Shown in pieces: positions 38,501 to 49,500 of a stretch of DNA of 64,000 bases; position 1 is the stretch's first letter; each line of letters starts with the position of its first letter. Location of the stretch: NCBI GenBank assembly GCA_036172245.1, contig JAYWIR010000027.1, positions 744,001 to 808,000 of the forward strand, given 5' to 3'. Source of the stretch: Raillietiella orientalis. Taxonomy: Eukaryota. The notes under the pieces were generated by a model, which saw nothing but the letters and a program-made list of their open reading frames with translations, was not told the DNA's origin and searched no databases. A program made the position numbers and the translations under genes.

Positions 38501-41500
38501 GGCGTGGCTGCCGGAGGAAGACGAGCAGGAGCCGCCCCCGCCTGCCTGTCAGCATTAGAAGCTGCAGGGGGCCGGCAGCCTCTGCTCCTAACAGATCGAG
38601 CGCTGAGGTCTCCAAGGTGAGAAATACGTCCCAGCAGCACCACCATCGTCACTTTAACCATGTTCAGCAGCAGCAGCAGCTCTGTTCCAGGAGGTCCCGA
38701 AAGGGAGTGAAGGAAGCGTGGGGACCAAGAGATCTCTCGAGGGGAGAGGGGATGCTCCGGTAGAAGAGGCCCAGAAGGGCACGCTGCTCTCCGCCTTCTT
38801 CGGAGAAACTCCCTCCGGGACGATGCCGAAGGTCGCGCCTTCCCGGAGGTGGCCTTGGGGTAGAGGGCAGCTCGCGCTCTTCGCGTCACGGGACGGGCTG
38901 AGACTCGGACATGCTCCCTGCAGGGGGCAAGGCCAGGGCGAAAAGTGGTCGTTCCCCCTAGAACCGGGAGGGGTCGCTCGCCAGAGCCGGAAGCAGGGAC
39001 GGCTGCCTTCCCCCCCCCCCCACTGCCTTCCGGGAAGAGGCGGATTCGACCTGCCTCACACGCCAGGGGCTATTACGGAGTTTCATCGCCTTGCCCGCCG
39101 CGCGCACACAAGGCAATCTCCCGAATCGTGCGAGGCGCTCCCGGCGTGGATCTCCGTACGTCGGGAGACGAACGGGAGTGAGGAAGGTTGGATCCCAGAT
39201 GTTCGTGCGTATCTGCGGTGAGGAAGGGGGTAAGGGGGGGGGGTAAGCAGAGAAGGGAACAGTGAGAGACCTCGCCGAAGCCCTCGGGAAGGGGTAAACG
39301 AGAGGGGGTATCGGCGGTGTCCTCGCGAGGAGTAGGTAGCCGGCGGCGGCTTGGCATCTGCGAGGAAGATGGCACCTCTGTGGCCTGCAAACGCGAGCGC
39401 CCTCGTCAGTAAAGGAGCGTCTGCCGAGAGACGGCGCGGATCTCTTCCGTTCTCCTCAGAGGAAAGCCTGTTGCGAAGGGAATCTATCTCTGCCTCGCGA
39501 GTCCCCCCCCCCCTTCTCCCCAAAAGTTCTTTCGTTCTCAGGGGAGAAAAAAAAAAAAAAGGCAGAGGAGGGCTCTGCATCTGCTGGTAGTTCCCACAAA
39601 CCAAACAATAACAGCAGCTCAAGTCCTCAGTTGGAGAAGTTGCATTTGAACGGTCAACTAGGAGGGCAGGACGAAACTCCGCAACTCGTCGCGAGATGAC
39701 GGTGCCGTCACTCGGTGCCGGCCCTCATCCGCTCCTCCCTCTCTCCCCTTCTCCCACGCACACATTCTCGCGTGGCGATGTCCTTGCGCCTTCATCGACC
39801 CGAATTCACCGGACCTGAGGAACACATCACCTGAGGCGGTGGCTTCTTCCCCGAAGTGTGTGCTTCGTGGGTTCGTCCCCGACACTGCCACCGCTTCCCG
39901 AGGCTTGCCGGCCACAAATTCTGGTTGCTTTCTCAGGAAGCTGCTTTCCTTCCCTGCTAGCGTCGTGCCCTTCTTCCTCCCCCTCCCCCCCGCTGCTTTT
40001 TTTCCTTCTCCCGATCCCCGTTTCCTCCTCCTCAGAAATGCTCGTTCACATCCACCTGCACGCGCACCCTCTGCCGGCGAGGCGCGTCGCCCAGCCAAAC
40101 CCACGACCATGGAATTAACAGGGCGGTCGGAAACCGCGCGCGGGAGAGAGCGAGAGAGCACTCTTTTAGCTCGCGCCAGGAGAAACTCATCTCCCCCGTG
40201 TTCCCCCCCCCCTCCCCCCTCTGCTACGGAAGACCAGTCTACAGTGACGACGGCAGAGAGCACACTTGTTGGGCGCACCTGCCGTCCGTGAGTGGTGGCT
40301 CTGTGGTTGCAGCGGTAAGCTGTACGTGTGAAATTCTCGCGGGCTCCAATCGTGTCGGGCATCAGTCCGTGTCCGGAGTGCTGGAGCGTAGAGTGCATCC
40401 ATTTCCTGGACGTCTTTCTTTTCTTTTCTTTTTTTTCTGTGTGCTTGTATGTGGTTTCTTCCCTCCTTCCCTTGTGCCGACCTTTCTCTCCCCTCCTCCT
40501 TCCCTTTTCTCCAACCATAGCTGCTGCTGCAGCGTTGCGTAAAAAAGAGAGACAAAAAGCGTGGTCAAGCCCACTGCCTCCGTGGGCGGACGGAAGGATA
40601 CGTACGCGACGCAGACCGCCATCAACTTGGCGGAGCGAGCGAGTGTGGAGGTGAGTGCGCGCGCGGGGGATCTAAGATCGTCCCGGGGCGTGGAGTGCTC
40701 AGGAAGGCAGGTAGGTTCCTTCCTCCCTTTTGGCAGCGCGGGGAGACGGGACCCTTCTTCCGTTCCCATGCCCGCTCATTCCGGAAGCACGGGATGCTTT
40801 TGCTGTGTTTTTTTTTTTTTCGTTTTCTTTCTTCTTCCCCCGCGGAGGTCAAATGCTAGGCAAGCGGGAATTTCTTCTCTAGATCCCCCTTGACGTTCTG
40901 CGGCGTTGCGCTGCTTTCTCTGGACAGACTCCAGGAGGACGCGCTTTCGTGTTTCTACTATCAAGGCAATCAAATTGCACCAGAGAAAAGAGAGAGAGAG
41001 AAAAAAAAAATTGGTTCACATCTGGGAGGATGTTTCCTCCAGGGAACGATCTTCCAGATCAGCGCAACAGGCATTCCCGCTGCTCGCGATAGCGCTCACG
41101 TCCCCCAAGAAGGCGATGGCACAGCAAGCTGTGCCCACGCACATGGTCGCCTCCCTCCCTTCCCGAAAGAGAGGACGAAGGGACCGTGTCAACTGCCCGT
41201 TGCCACGGAGATGACGGCGTCCCACGTTGCGAACAGCAGGCGGTCACCGCTTCCTGCAGAGGCCGCCTGCCTAGATGATGTCCTCCCTAACAACGTCGAT
41301 TTTCCGCGACGAGGGCGCCTTGTGGTTCTTCCGCCGTGAGACCTCTATCCCTCTTGGTACCCCCACCGGACCGGAACTCGTGTTTTCCCCATCCGCTTCC
41401 GCTGTTGCCTCTACGGGTTCCTCGTCTCACGAGGTTCGGCAGACGGGGCGCGAGGAAAGCAAGGATGGACGCCAAGACGGAGGTCGGCGACCAGCTCAAC

Positions 41501-42480
41501 GGGAACTGCGCTCTTTCTGCACTTTCTCTCCCGCTCGCTGTCCGCTGGTCTCGTCCTTCACAGCCAGAAGGAAAGGAAGACGGAGGGAAGGGAAGAAGGC
41601 GGAGCCCTGGCTTCCTGTGTAGGTGCAGCTCGCCGCAGCCCACCCTCCCCGGATAAAGATTTCCTTACGCGGTAGCAGAGGAACATGCGCCTTCATGGAT
41701 CACGGAAAGATGGACAAGACGGACGGACGAGCCCGGACGGAAAAGAAATTTTCCATCTGGAAGGAAGAGAAAGTGGATGATGAAGTTGTGGTAGCGCGCG
41801 TGCCTCAAGCGAAGCTGCAGGAGAGAGAGAGTGGGTTGGATGGTGCTCAAGAGGGAGACATTTGCGCCAAGCTGCTCGCTGAGAGCCGCCAACCCCGGGA
41901 AAGGGTGAAAGCAAAAAGTCTACCTTAAGAACGAGTTGTCTGGGATCACGCGGAGGAGATCCGGAGAGATTTGTGGCAGAGTAGAGGCTTAGAAAGGGAT
42001 ATCACCAATCATCAGAGACAGAAGCCGAGAATCTTCGAAACGAGAAATTGCAGAGCTTCACAGAGGGGCTGAAAGGGATATTCATACTCCGTGCCAGTCC
42101 ACGGTCAGCCAGCAACGGCCGGGGACCCGCGTAGTGGGGCTGTGGCTGTCCCATTGACGCTCGAGGAAGGTCATCTTTCTCTTGTGTTTTCAAGATTTGC
42201 AATCGTGAAGAAACGAACTTTCAAGATACGCTTCATCAAGGTCAATTAGCTCCTACTGCGTCAACAAGAACCACAGCTGTTAAGTGCTGGAAGTATAAGT
42301 GCATGCATTTGACTCATAACCAGCAGAGTTTCAGCCATTTCCTTGCCTTTCCACGAAGGTTCGCGGGAAAAATCTGTTCGCGCGGGAAATTCGATTGTTT
42401 TTTGTTGCAGCATTTGCTTTCAAAACCCAGTTTGGAACCCAAATGACCACTGATAAGCGTTGATTATGGCTCACGAGTGA

Positions 42481-42880
42481 TATCGATAACGGTTGCATCG
42501 TTTCGTCAAGTGCCCACAAAGATGTTTCATCTTCCTGATAGGCACTCCTTTGAAATATGCAAACTTTCAGCGGATCATCATCTGCCTTTTTTTTTTTTTT
42601 TTTCACGCACGAAATCTTCAGAATTCTCCGTGAAAAAGTGATTTCATGTCACATTAAAAAAAAAAAAAAAAAATGCGTTTGAGGTTAAGCCGCGCAAAAA
42701 CCTGTATTTGAATGTGATTTTTACTTGACAGCCGTGTTTATGCACGGTTTGTACAACCAGCAAACCAGATGAAAATTATGAGGATATTCCGGAAGTTATC
42801 GAAACACATCCAGGACTTGGATGTGTTTAGATAACTTTAAATAGTCGATTATCCCAGCTCCCAGAAATCAGGTTGGTTTT
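42481..42880 (+). promoter_or_regulatory. Probable promoter region of the KIF21-like gene
   Basis: Transition from GC-rich to AT-rich sequence; DRE-type palindrome TATCGATA at 42481-42488; T17 (42587-42603) and A18 (42656-42673) tracts; 20-bp hairpin at 42793-42837; candidate 5'-UTR donor aatcag|gttggt at ~42871 and acceptor tatttacag at 43492 upstream of the ATG. Confidence 0.45.
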
Positions 42881-43557
42881 TTTCTTTTTCTTTTCTCTCC
42901 GGGGCTTCCCCTATCCAATTTAAAGTGCAAGCGTCGAGGAACATCGGAAGCTGCGGACTTCTCGGACGAAAACCGACGGTGGTGTCTTCCTTTGTTGTTT
43001 ACTGGAGAGGATGTTGCCACATTTTTTTCTTTCTCTCTCTTTCATACGGGTTTCAGACTTCTTTGTTTGTAAGCATCCCATTTTGGACGTTCCCTGTGTG
43101 TGTCGGGCATGTCACGGGTGCTGGAAAGCTGGAAGCGGAAACGGTCGAAATCAGCATGTGTGCAAATCTGACCATCTGACTCTCTTTCCGTGCCGGTTGC
43201 CTCCGGCTGCCCGTGACACGGCTGCTGAATGAAAACGTGCAAGCTTTTGAATTTTTTTTTTTGTTCGTTCTCCCTTCCTCCAACCGCCGATCTCGCGTAG
43301 GCCGGCGTAGCGTACGGCGTGCTCGTTCCTCCTGAACCTGACCGGGAAATTCAAGACATCCCCGGTTGTCCCCCATCAGCAGTTCTTCTTGCAAGTGGTT
43401 GTCACTTAGGTGCCTGTGCCAGTGGCACCTGACCAACTTTCTGAAATTATGTTCGTTATTGTTGTGGTTTTTCAAGGCGAGTCTATTTACAGATAAAGCA
43501 GTACATGTGGAGGCCACCTTTCAAATTCCAATTTAATGTATTACAAAGTGGCATCAT

Positions 43558-46500
43558 ATGGAGGATTCCAACGTCCGGGTAGCCGTAAGGTATGCCCCTT
43601 TTTTTTTCTTCTCTCCCCTTTTTCTTTTCCTCGTATTGAAACTGCCCCGATTTTGTTCCTCGGTTCCGATATTCCAACTTGCTGGAACCAAAAACCACAA
43701 GCATGGTGAATTTTATGATAAATTACACCGTTTATTTCAGAGCAGTCTGGAAGGTATATGACGAAGATTATTATCCCGGTAGCAAGCAAATACTCGAAGT
43801 GTGTACAACTAACACAATACAGTTTGAATTGAAAAATAATTTTACAGATATTGTATCATTGGTTTAGGTGTTTGTGAATGGACCGAAAACATTTTCTTTG
43901 TTCGCAAACCTTTTCTTTGTTTTTATGACCAAATCAGTAATGTCTGGGTGCACATAATGAAAGGGAAGACATACGGTTTCCATCATGTAGATGTATTCCA
44001 ATTTTTAGGGCACCTTATAATTTCTGGTGTATTTTTATAAACTGATCACAAAGGGATAGATCTGTGTAGATGTCAGAACGTTCATTAAGGAAGCACATGC
44101 ATTCCGATTTTTGGAAATTTATTTTTTTAGAATTATACAGCTTTATGGATATCATCACTGTAGAATTTTCCAATTTAGGTGTTCGATTTTGGCTGCTTCA
44201 TCTATCAGTTTAGTGATTCCATGGTTGTATTTGTTTCCTAGTTGCATGCACCTTATTGATGTTGGTGCAAAGTTTTATCATGTGCATTGGTCCTTTAGTG
44301 TTCTTTCAATTCATGTTTGCCTAAATAATTGTCAAAAGATGCGTCCATTTAGCTGAAAAAAGAAATAGTTGCATAATCAGTTTTTTAGGTCATCATGGCA
44401 GCAGAATGCATATTTTGCTTTGCTAGTGTGCTGGATTCTGTTGACTGTTTCAGATATAAAAATCATGGTATGGAGTGTTTTATCCAAATATGGGTTCTTG
44501 AGAAGTCACATTTTAATGTCACAGTGAATGTTAAAACAATTGCTGCATCCATATCCATGAAATGCAAAGCTCACAATACATGTCTAAGGCTACTGAGCAC
44601 AAATAATCTATCTAATCTCCTAGATGTCAGCCAAAATTTGATGCAGGAGCTTTATCAGTAATTTATAATGGCAATTGTACCAACTGTTTGGTGTCTTTGT
44701 AATGGGAAATTAATGTGATGATTTCTCAGTTTGTATACTTCTGCTGGGATCTCAAGCGATTGACCTGGACATTGTTGCTGCTTTCATTTCTGTTTCTTTT
44801 GTTTCTAATTTTGCAATTTGCCATTATTACATAGTTTAAGATTTCAACCTTTTTATGCTTGTTTAAACCTTGTTAGATCATGAGTTTTCCTTATTTTAAT
44901 GATTCTTGTTGTGCTCATCTTTCACATTTGACTGTTTTTGGATGTTGCAGTTCACATGTCTTAGCTTATGGCATTTGTAGATGTCTTCATTAGTTGAATA
45001 TGTGCTTCAAATAACTGCAGTGAATGCAGTCATGTTCTACAGGGATTCACTTAATCCATGAGCATGAAAATATAATTAAAATGGTTAAAACAATGATCAG
45101 GGGATCAATTCATTTGTTCAAAATTTCAAAATGTTCTTTATATTTTGGAATGATATTGGGGACATGTCTGTTTGCATGCATGAATGTCGTGATTTATTTT
45201 AGAATTATCTATTTTTAAACCCATTTCCTTCATTAGGATTCTAAAAGTCAATGGTCGAATCATTTGACTGGTCAGCAGTCGAATGAGAACAGTTTGATGA
45301 ACATTACTGTCATTTCATGATGTCCGACGTTTGGGGCGGTTCAGAAAAGAAATACAAAGCTCTATATTTCTGCGATTTAATGTACTGTGATCGGGTAGTG
45401 TCTGTTGGGTAAAATGTAGAAATTGGCCAGCGCACCCCTTGAGCTTACCATTAATGTTCACACTTGCAGAGAGAACAAATATTTGTATCTGTGGGGCAAT
45501 CAATGTCATGTTTCCTTTTCTGAGTTCAATCAGTGGAAATTTCACTGCGTCGAATGTACACTGGCTCTGTTTGTGTAGGCAGGCCCAATAGTGTGTGCCT
45601 TTATTAGTTCACATAAGAAAGGAGTCGATGAATTGTATGAAATGTGTGGGTAATTACTTATTGGTGGCGTGCCGGAAGTTCGTTCCCCAGCTTTCTCGGT
45701 GTGTTCTTGTGTTAATACTTAATGAACATACTTATCGTGGAAAAGTCTGCAAATGCTAGAGCGGAATATTCGATGCTGTATAGGAAACTCACTAACCCAC
45801 TGGCACGTTGAATAATTTTGCACTGAAGACTAATGGAAAAGAATTAGCTTGCTCCAATTAAGCACCTTGAAGTTTGAGAAATGAATTCCTGCAATGAATG
45901 TCGAACCGCATCCGATGGATTTCTCTTTCATGGCTCTTGCCGTGGTTCTATCCGAAATTCCCAGCCTCCTTGTTTTTTTTTTTTGGCAAGCATCGGAAGT
46001 CTACGATTGTCCATGTTTAATGAGGAAGTCTGTGAAAGTTAGGGAACTCAGACAGTCATCACAATGCTTCGTCACATGTATACTTTCCCTTAAATATGTA
46101 TGGAGGCGCTCTTTACTAATCGGGTAGTATCGGCCTCTTATCTCTGGATCGCTCAATTGCTACGCGGAAGGAGGGGAGCCAAAGAAGCGTTATAATGCTG
46201 GCGATAGCAGTGTTCCCACTCTTTGAGGGGCGATTATGTGTCGTTCGTGGAATTCTGTGATATGATCAATAAAGAATCAAGAAAAAAGAAAAAAAAAAGG
46301 TTGGAAAATTCATAATTTCGTTTTATCTGCGAGGATGGTTTCCTTGAGCTTCTTTAGAGAGAGCTGCAAGCAGGTTGATGCGTGGGATATCCGGCTGCGA
46401 TCAGTCGAGCCAGCGTTTCCAGGAACATAATGGACCCTCTCCGTTGTGATCTGAGCATGGCGCACATTGTGGAGCCTCACTTTCGCGAACGGAGTGACTC

Positions 46501-49500
46501 TTCGCATCTCTAGCAGAGATTCCAGAGTGCGTTGAGATTATGAGCGTTAGAGAGGAAAAAAAAAAATTCTCCCTCTTAAGCGTGCATGCAGGCAAAGAAA
46601 TTTGCAGATCCAAAAGTTCGGGAGCGCCAGGTGGACAATTAGGAACCAGCTGCCAGCTTATTTGAACGAAATTTTCGCTTCAATCCTCTGGATAAAATTT
46701 GCAGATGACTATGTCGTAATGAAAATGATAGTAGAAAATAGACTTACATGCTGGAGGATTGTGAAAATCGCCACCATAGTCATCTCAAAAACTTACTCTT
46801 CCTCTTCAGAAGAACGGATTGTACTTAATGTTTAGTTAACAGTAATAATGGTGCACTGCGTTTACTCGAAGTGAGAACGATTTCCAACTTGATTGAAGAC
46901 AGATTTCTGCAGTGTGCATTCTGTTGTCAAAGAGGATGAATTGCATCAAATTGAATCGTAATGATGAGGATATGTTTTCCAAGACTTTCCAGGCTAGGAA
47001 AGCGTACGAGAAAAGTTGTTGATTTGTAGTAATCTGAATCTTTTCTTTGGTGTCTTTTCGTTTGAGGATGCGTGCAACCGCGAGTTTCTGAACTTCCTCG
47101 GGCCAGTCAGGGGATCAGTTTTTGATCCAAAGTTTTCCCCGAGTGATCTTTGAACGGCGTTGATGATGCGGTTGCAGAATTCGTTGACAGTCGGATTTCC
47201 TTGAAGTCGTTTCGTATCCTTCTGTTTCCTTTGGCTGCCAAGTACATCTCGAACTTTGATTCTGCACTACCTTCTTGAAATTAGACTTTCAGGGAAAGTT
47301 GCCCACATAAGTATGTAGATGACTTGTGAAAGGCTGGTCTGCGTGCTTAGAGTTGTTGCACTGATTGTCTCCATCCGTGAAAAGTTGCCTCCTTTCCTTT
47401 ACAGCAACCAAATAAATGTCTTTCTCTTCCGCGAAATTTGTAGCTTTAAAGTTCTGCCATAGCTCCTGATTTCCTTTGCTATTTTAGCTTTTCTTAGCTC
47501 TTGGTTTCCCAGTGTGCTTTGGGTTATTACTGTGGTTATAAAGTGCTACTTGTGAGATCCTGTAAGTACTGCATCTGCATCTACAGATGCAGATGCAACT
47601 AGGAAGTAGACCTTGGAGGTTCTTTCAGCTGAGATGGGTCTATCCAAAACGACTCAACGCCACAGTAAATGCTAATGCATGGGAACTCTTGACAGGACGT
47701 TGACAGATGATTAGGTCCCCCCCCCCTTCCTTGAATTTCTTGGGTCAGCATGTTTAGGATACGAAAGTCATGACGAGATTGCAATTCCTTCGCGTCGTGT
47801 CGTGATAGCTGGTTTACTGTTCAACTGTTTTCAGCACGTTTTTTGCATAAATTGCAAAACTACCGAACACGTGCATCCATCAACTATGCATCCTTGATTG
47901 CATTCCGAACAGCGAAGACCGAAGACAACCGAGTTATTACTGACTGTTATTGGATTAGTACTAGTGGCTCCGATCGGGGACGACAGGGTCACCAGGAAAA
48001 CAGTCATTGGCGGCAATCCAGATGCGGATGATTTGGGATAAAGTTGATGAAACGATTTATTTGCAGTCATTAAGAAGTACATTGTTCTGCGTCAGGTTGA
48101 GAAACGATTCTGGTTGTAGCTAAAAGTAAATGTTTAGTTTTCTGCTATCGATTGTTTGGACTGTGGGAAACCTTATTTTCCTTTGGATTTGCCAGTTCGT
48201 CTATCTCTTAAGCGGCGACCTTTGCTTTTGCTGTGTTAACGTATACTGGAAATCTCTTGTGCTTCATTCTATGAGAAGAAAGGCTCTAGCACTATGCCCT
48301 CAACAAGAGCAGATTGCGTCTTGATATTGTGGACGGGTCCTATCTAGGGGTGTTTGAGTGTTTGTAAAACGAGTAGAGAATTTTATCGTACTCAATTCTC
48401 TTTGCTCTTGCTGTACATCTCCCAAATGGCCCAGTTTGCTTTGTATTTGTGTGTGAGAAGGGAACACGGTAGCACTCCATGGCCTTGAATTAAGATGACA
48501 AGCCCAGTTTGCCCACAAATTGGGGCGAGTGACAGGTCTCGAAATTCCTGCCAATTCACCGATCTGAGGCAGCTTTCGAGGAGCATTCTATTTGTACGTG
48601 AAGATCTTTCCAAAACCGCTGAGGGAAATCCACTGATCCGTTCCATTTTGAAAGCGAATGGTTTTACTTTAAATGTACGTTTTACATTCGTGAACGATCG
48701 AATGTCTCCAATGTAAGCGAAGATGTACGCATTTCCTCTTCCGCCTTTTTCCCTTTTTTTGTGAACCGAAAGCGTGGGTCCACTGAACGGAGATTTTGAT
48801 TTTCCTCCGTTGCTTCAGTTTGCCTCGTTTGTTTGTTTTGGCATATTTGACCTCGTGCTTAGCCTCTTCTCTCTGCTACCAGATAATAATGAGACGCTCA
48901 TTCCACGAAGCATACTTTTCTACTGTATCTATTGAATCATCTTTCGTGTCGGGAGTGTTTTATTCTTTCTTCAGTTGAAAAAAATCATCTGAGCTGCTGC
49001 TCCTGTTGTAAAGTTGTAACTGACGTGAAGCTACTTGAAATGTTTTCACATCACCAGGGTTCGACCTCAGCTAGCGAAAGAAGTCATCGAGAACTGCAGC
49101 ATATGCACATCTGTAGTATCTGATGAACCCCAAATATGGATCGGTCAAGACCGTGCCTTCACTTACGATTTCGTGTTTGATCTTGATGTGGTCCAGGAGG
49201 AAGTGTTTCAGTGCTGTGCCAAAAGCCTGGTGGATGGCTGCCTCCAGGGCTACAATGCCACGGTATTGGCTTACGGACAGGTAGGGAATCCCATTTCACT
49301 ATGATGAGTGCGTCCCGTAAATTTGGTAAGCGTGGATGAAAACAGGGATTTTAGAAAGAGACATTTGCAACGCGACGGTGGTAGCAGTTCCCAGTAAGTG
49401 AAACACAAAATTGAACTTCGTGTGGTCTTCCAGGTTGACTCTTTGGGTTTTTACCGATGTTTGTTGAATTTCTGATTGCTCTCGAATTTTGCATGTTTCC

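Noticed and set aside
41690..42200. Possible minus-strand exons divergent from the kinesin promoter (donor-like cttaag|gtagac ~41922, acceptor-like ttccttccag ~41757)
   Set aside because: No coding frame or homology; non-coding exons cannot be supported without transcript data.
46900..48000. Possible RTE-like LINE remnant on the minus strand in kinesin intron 1 (ELWQNFKAT.., HDFRILN..)
   Set aside because: The motifs are too weak to call by eye; BLASTX is needed.
44715..49480. C/D-box snoRNA candidates (GTGATGA ~44715, ATGATGA ~49301)
   Set aside because: No appropriately spaced CTGA D box with a terminal stem.
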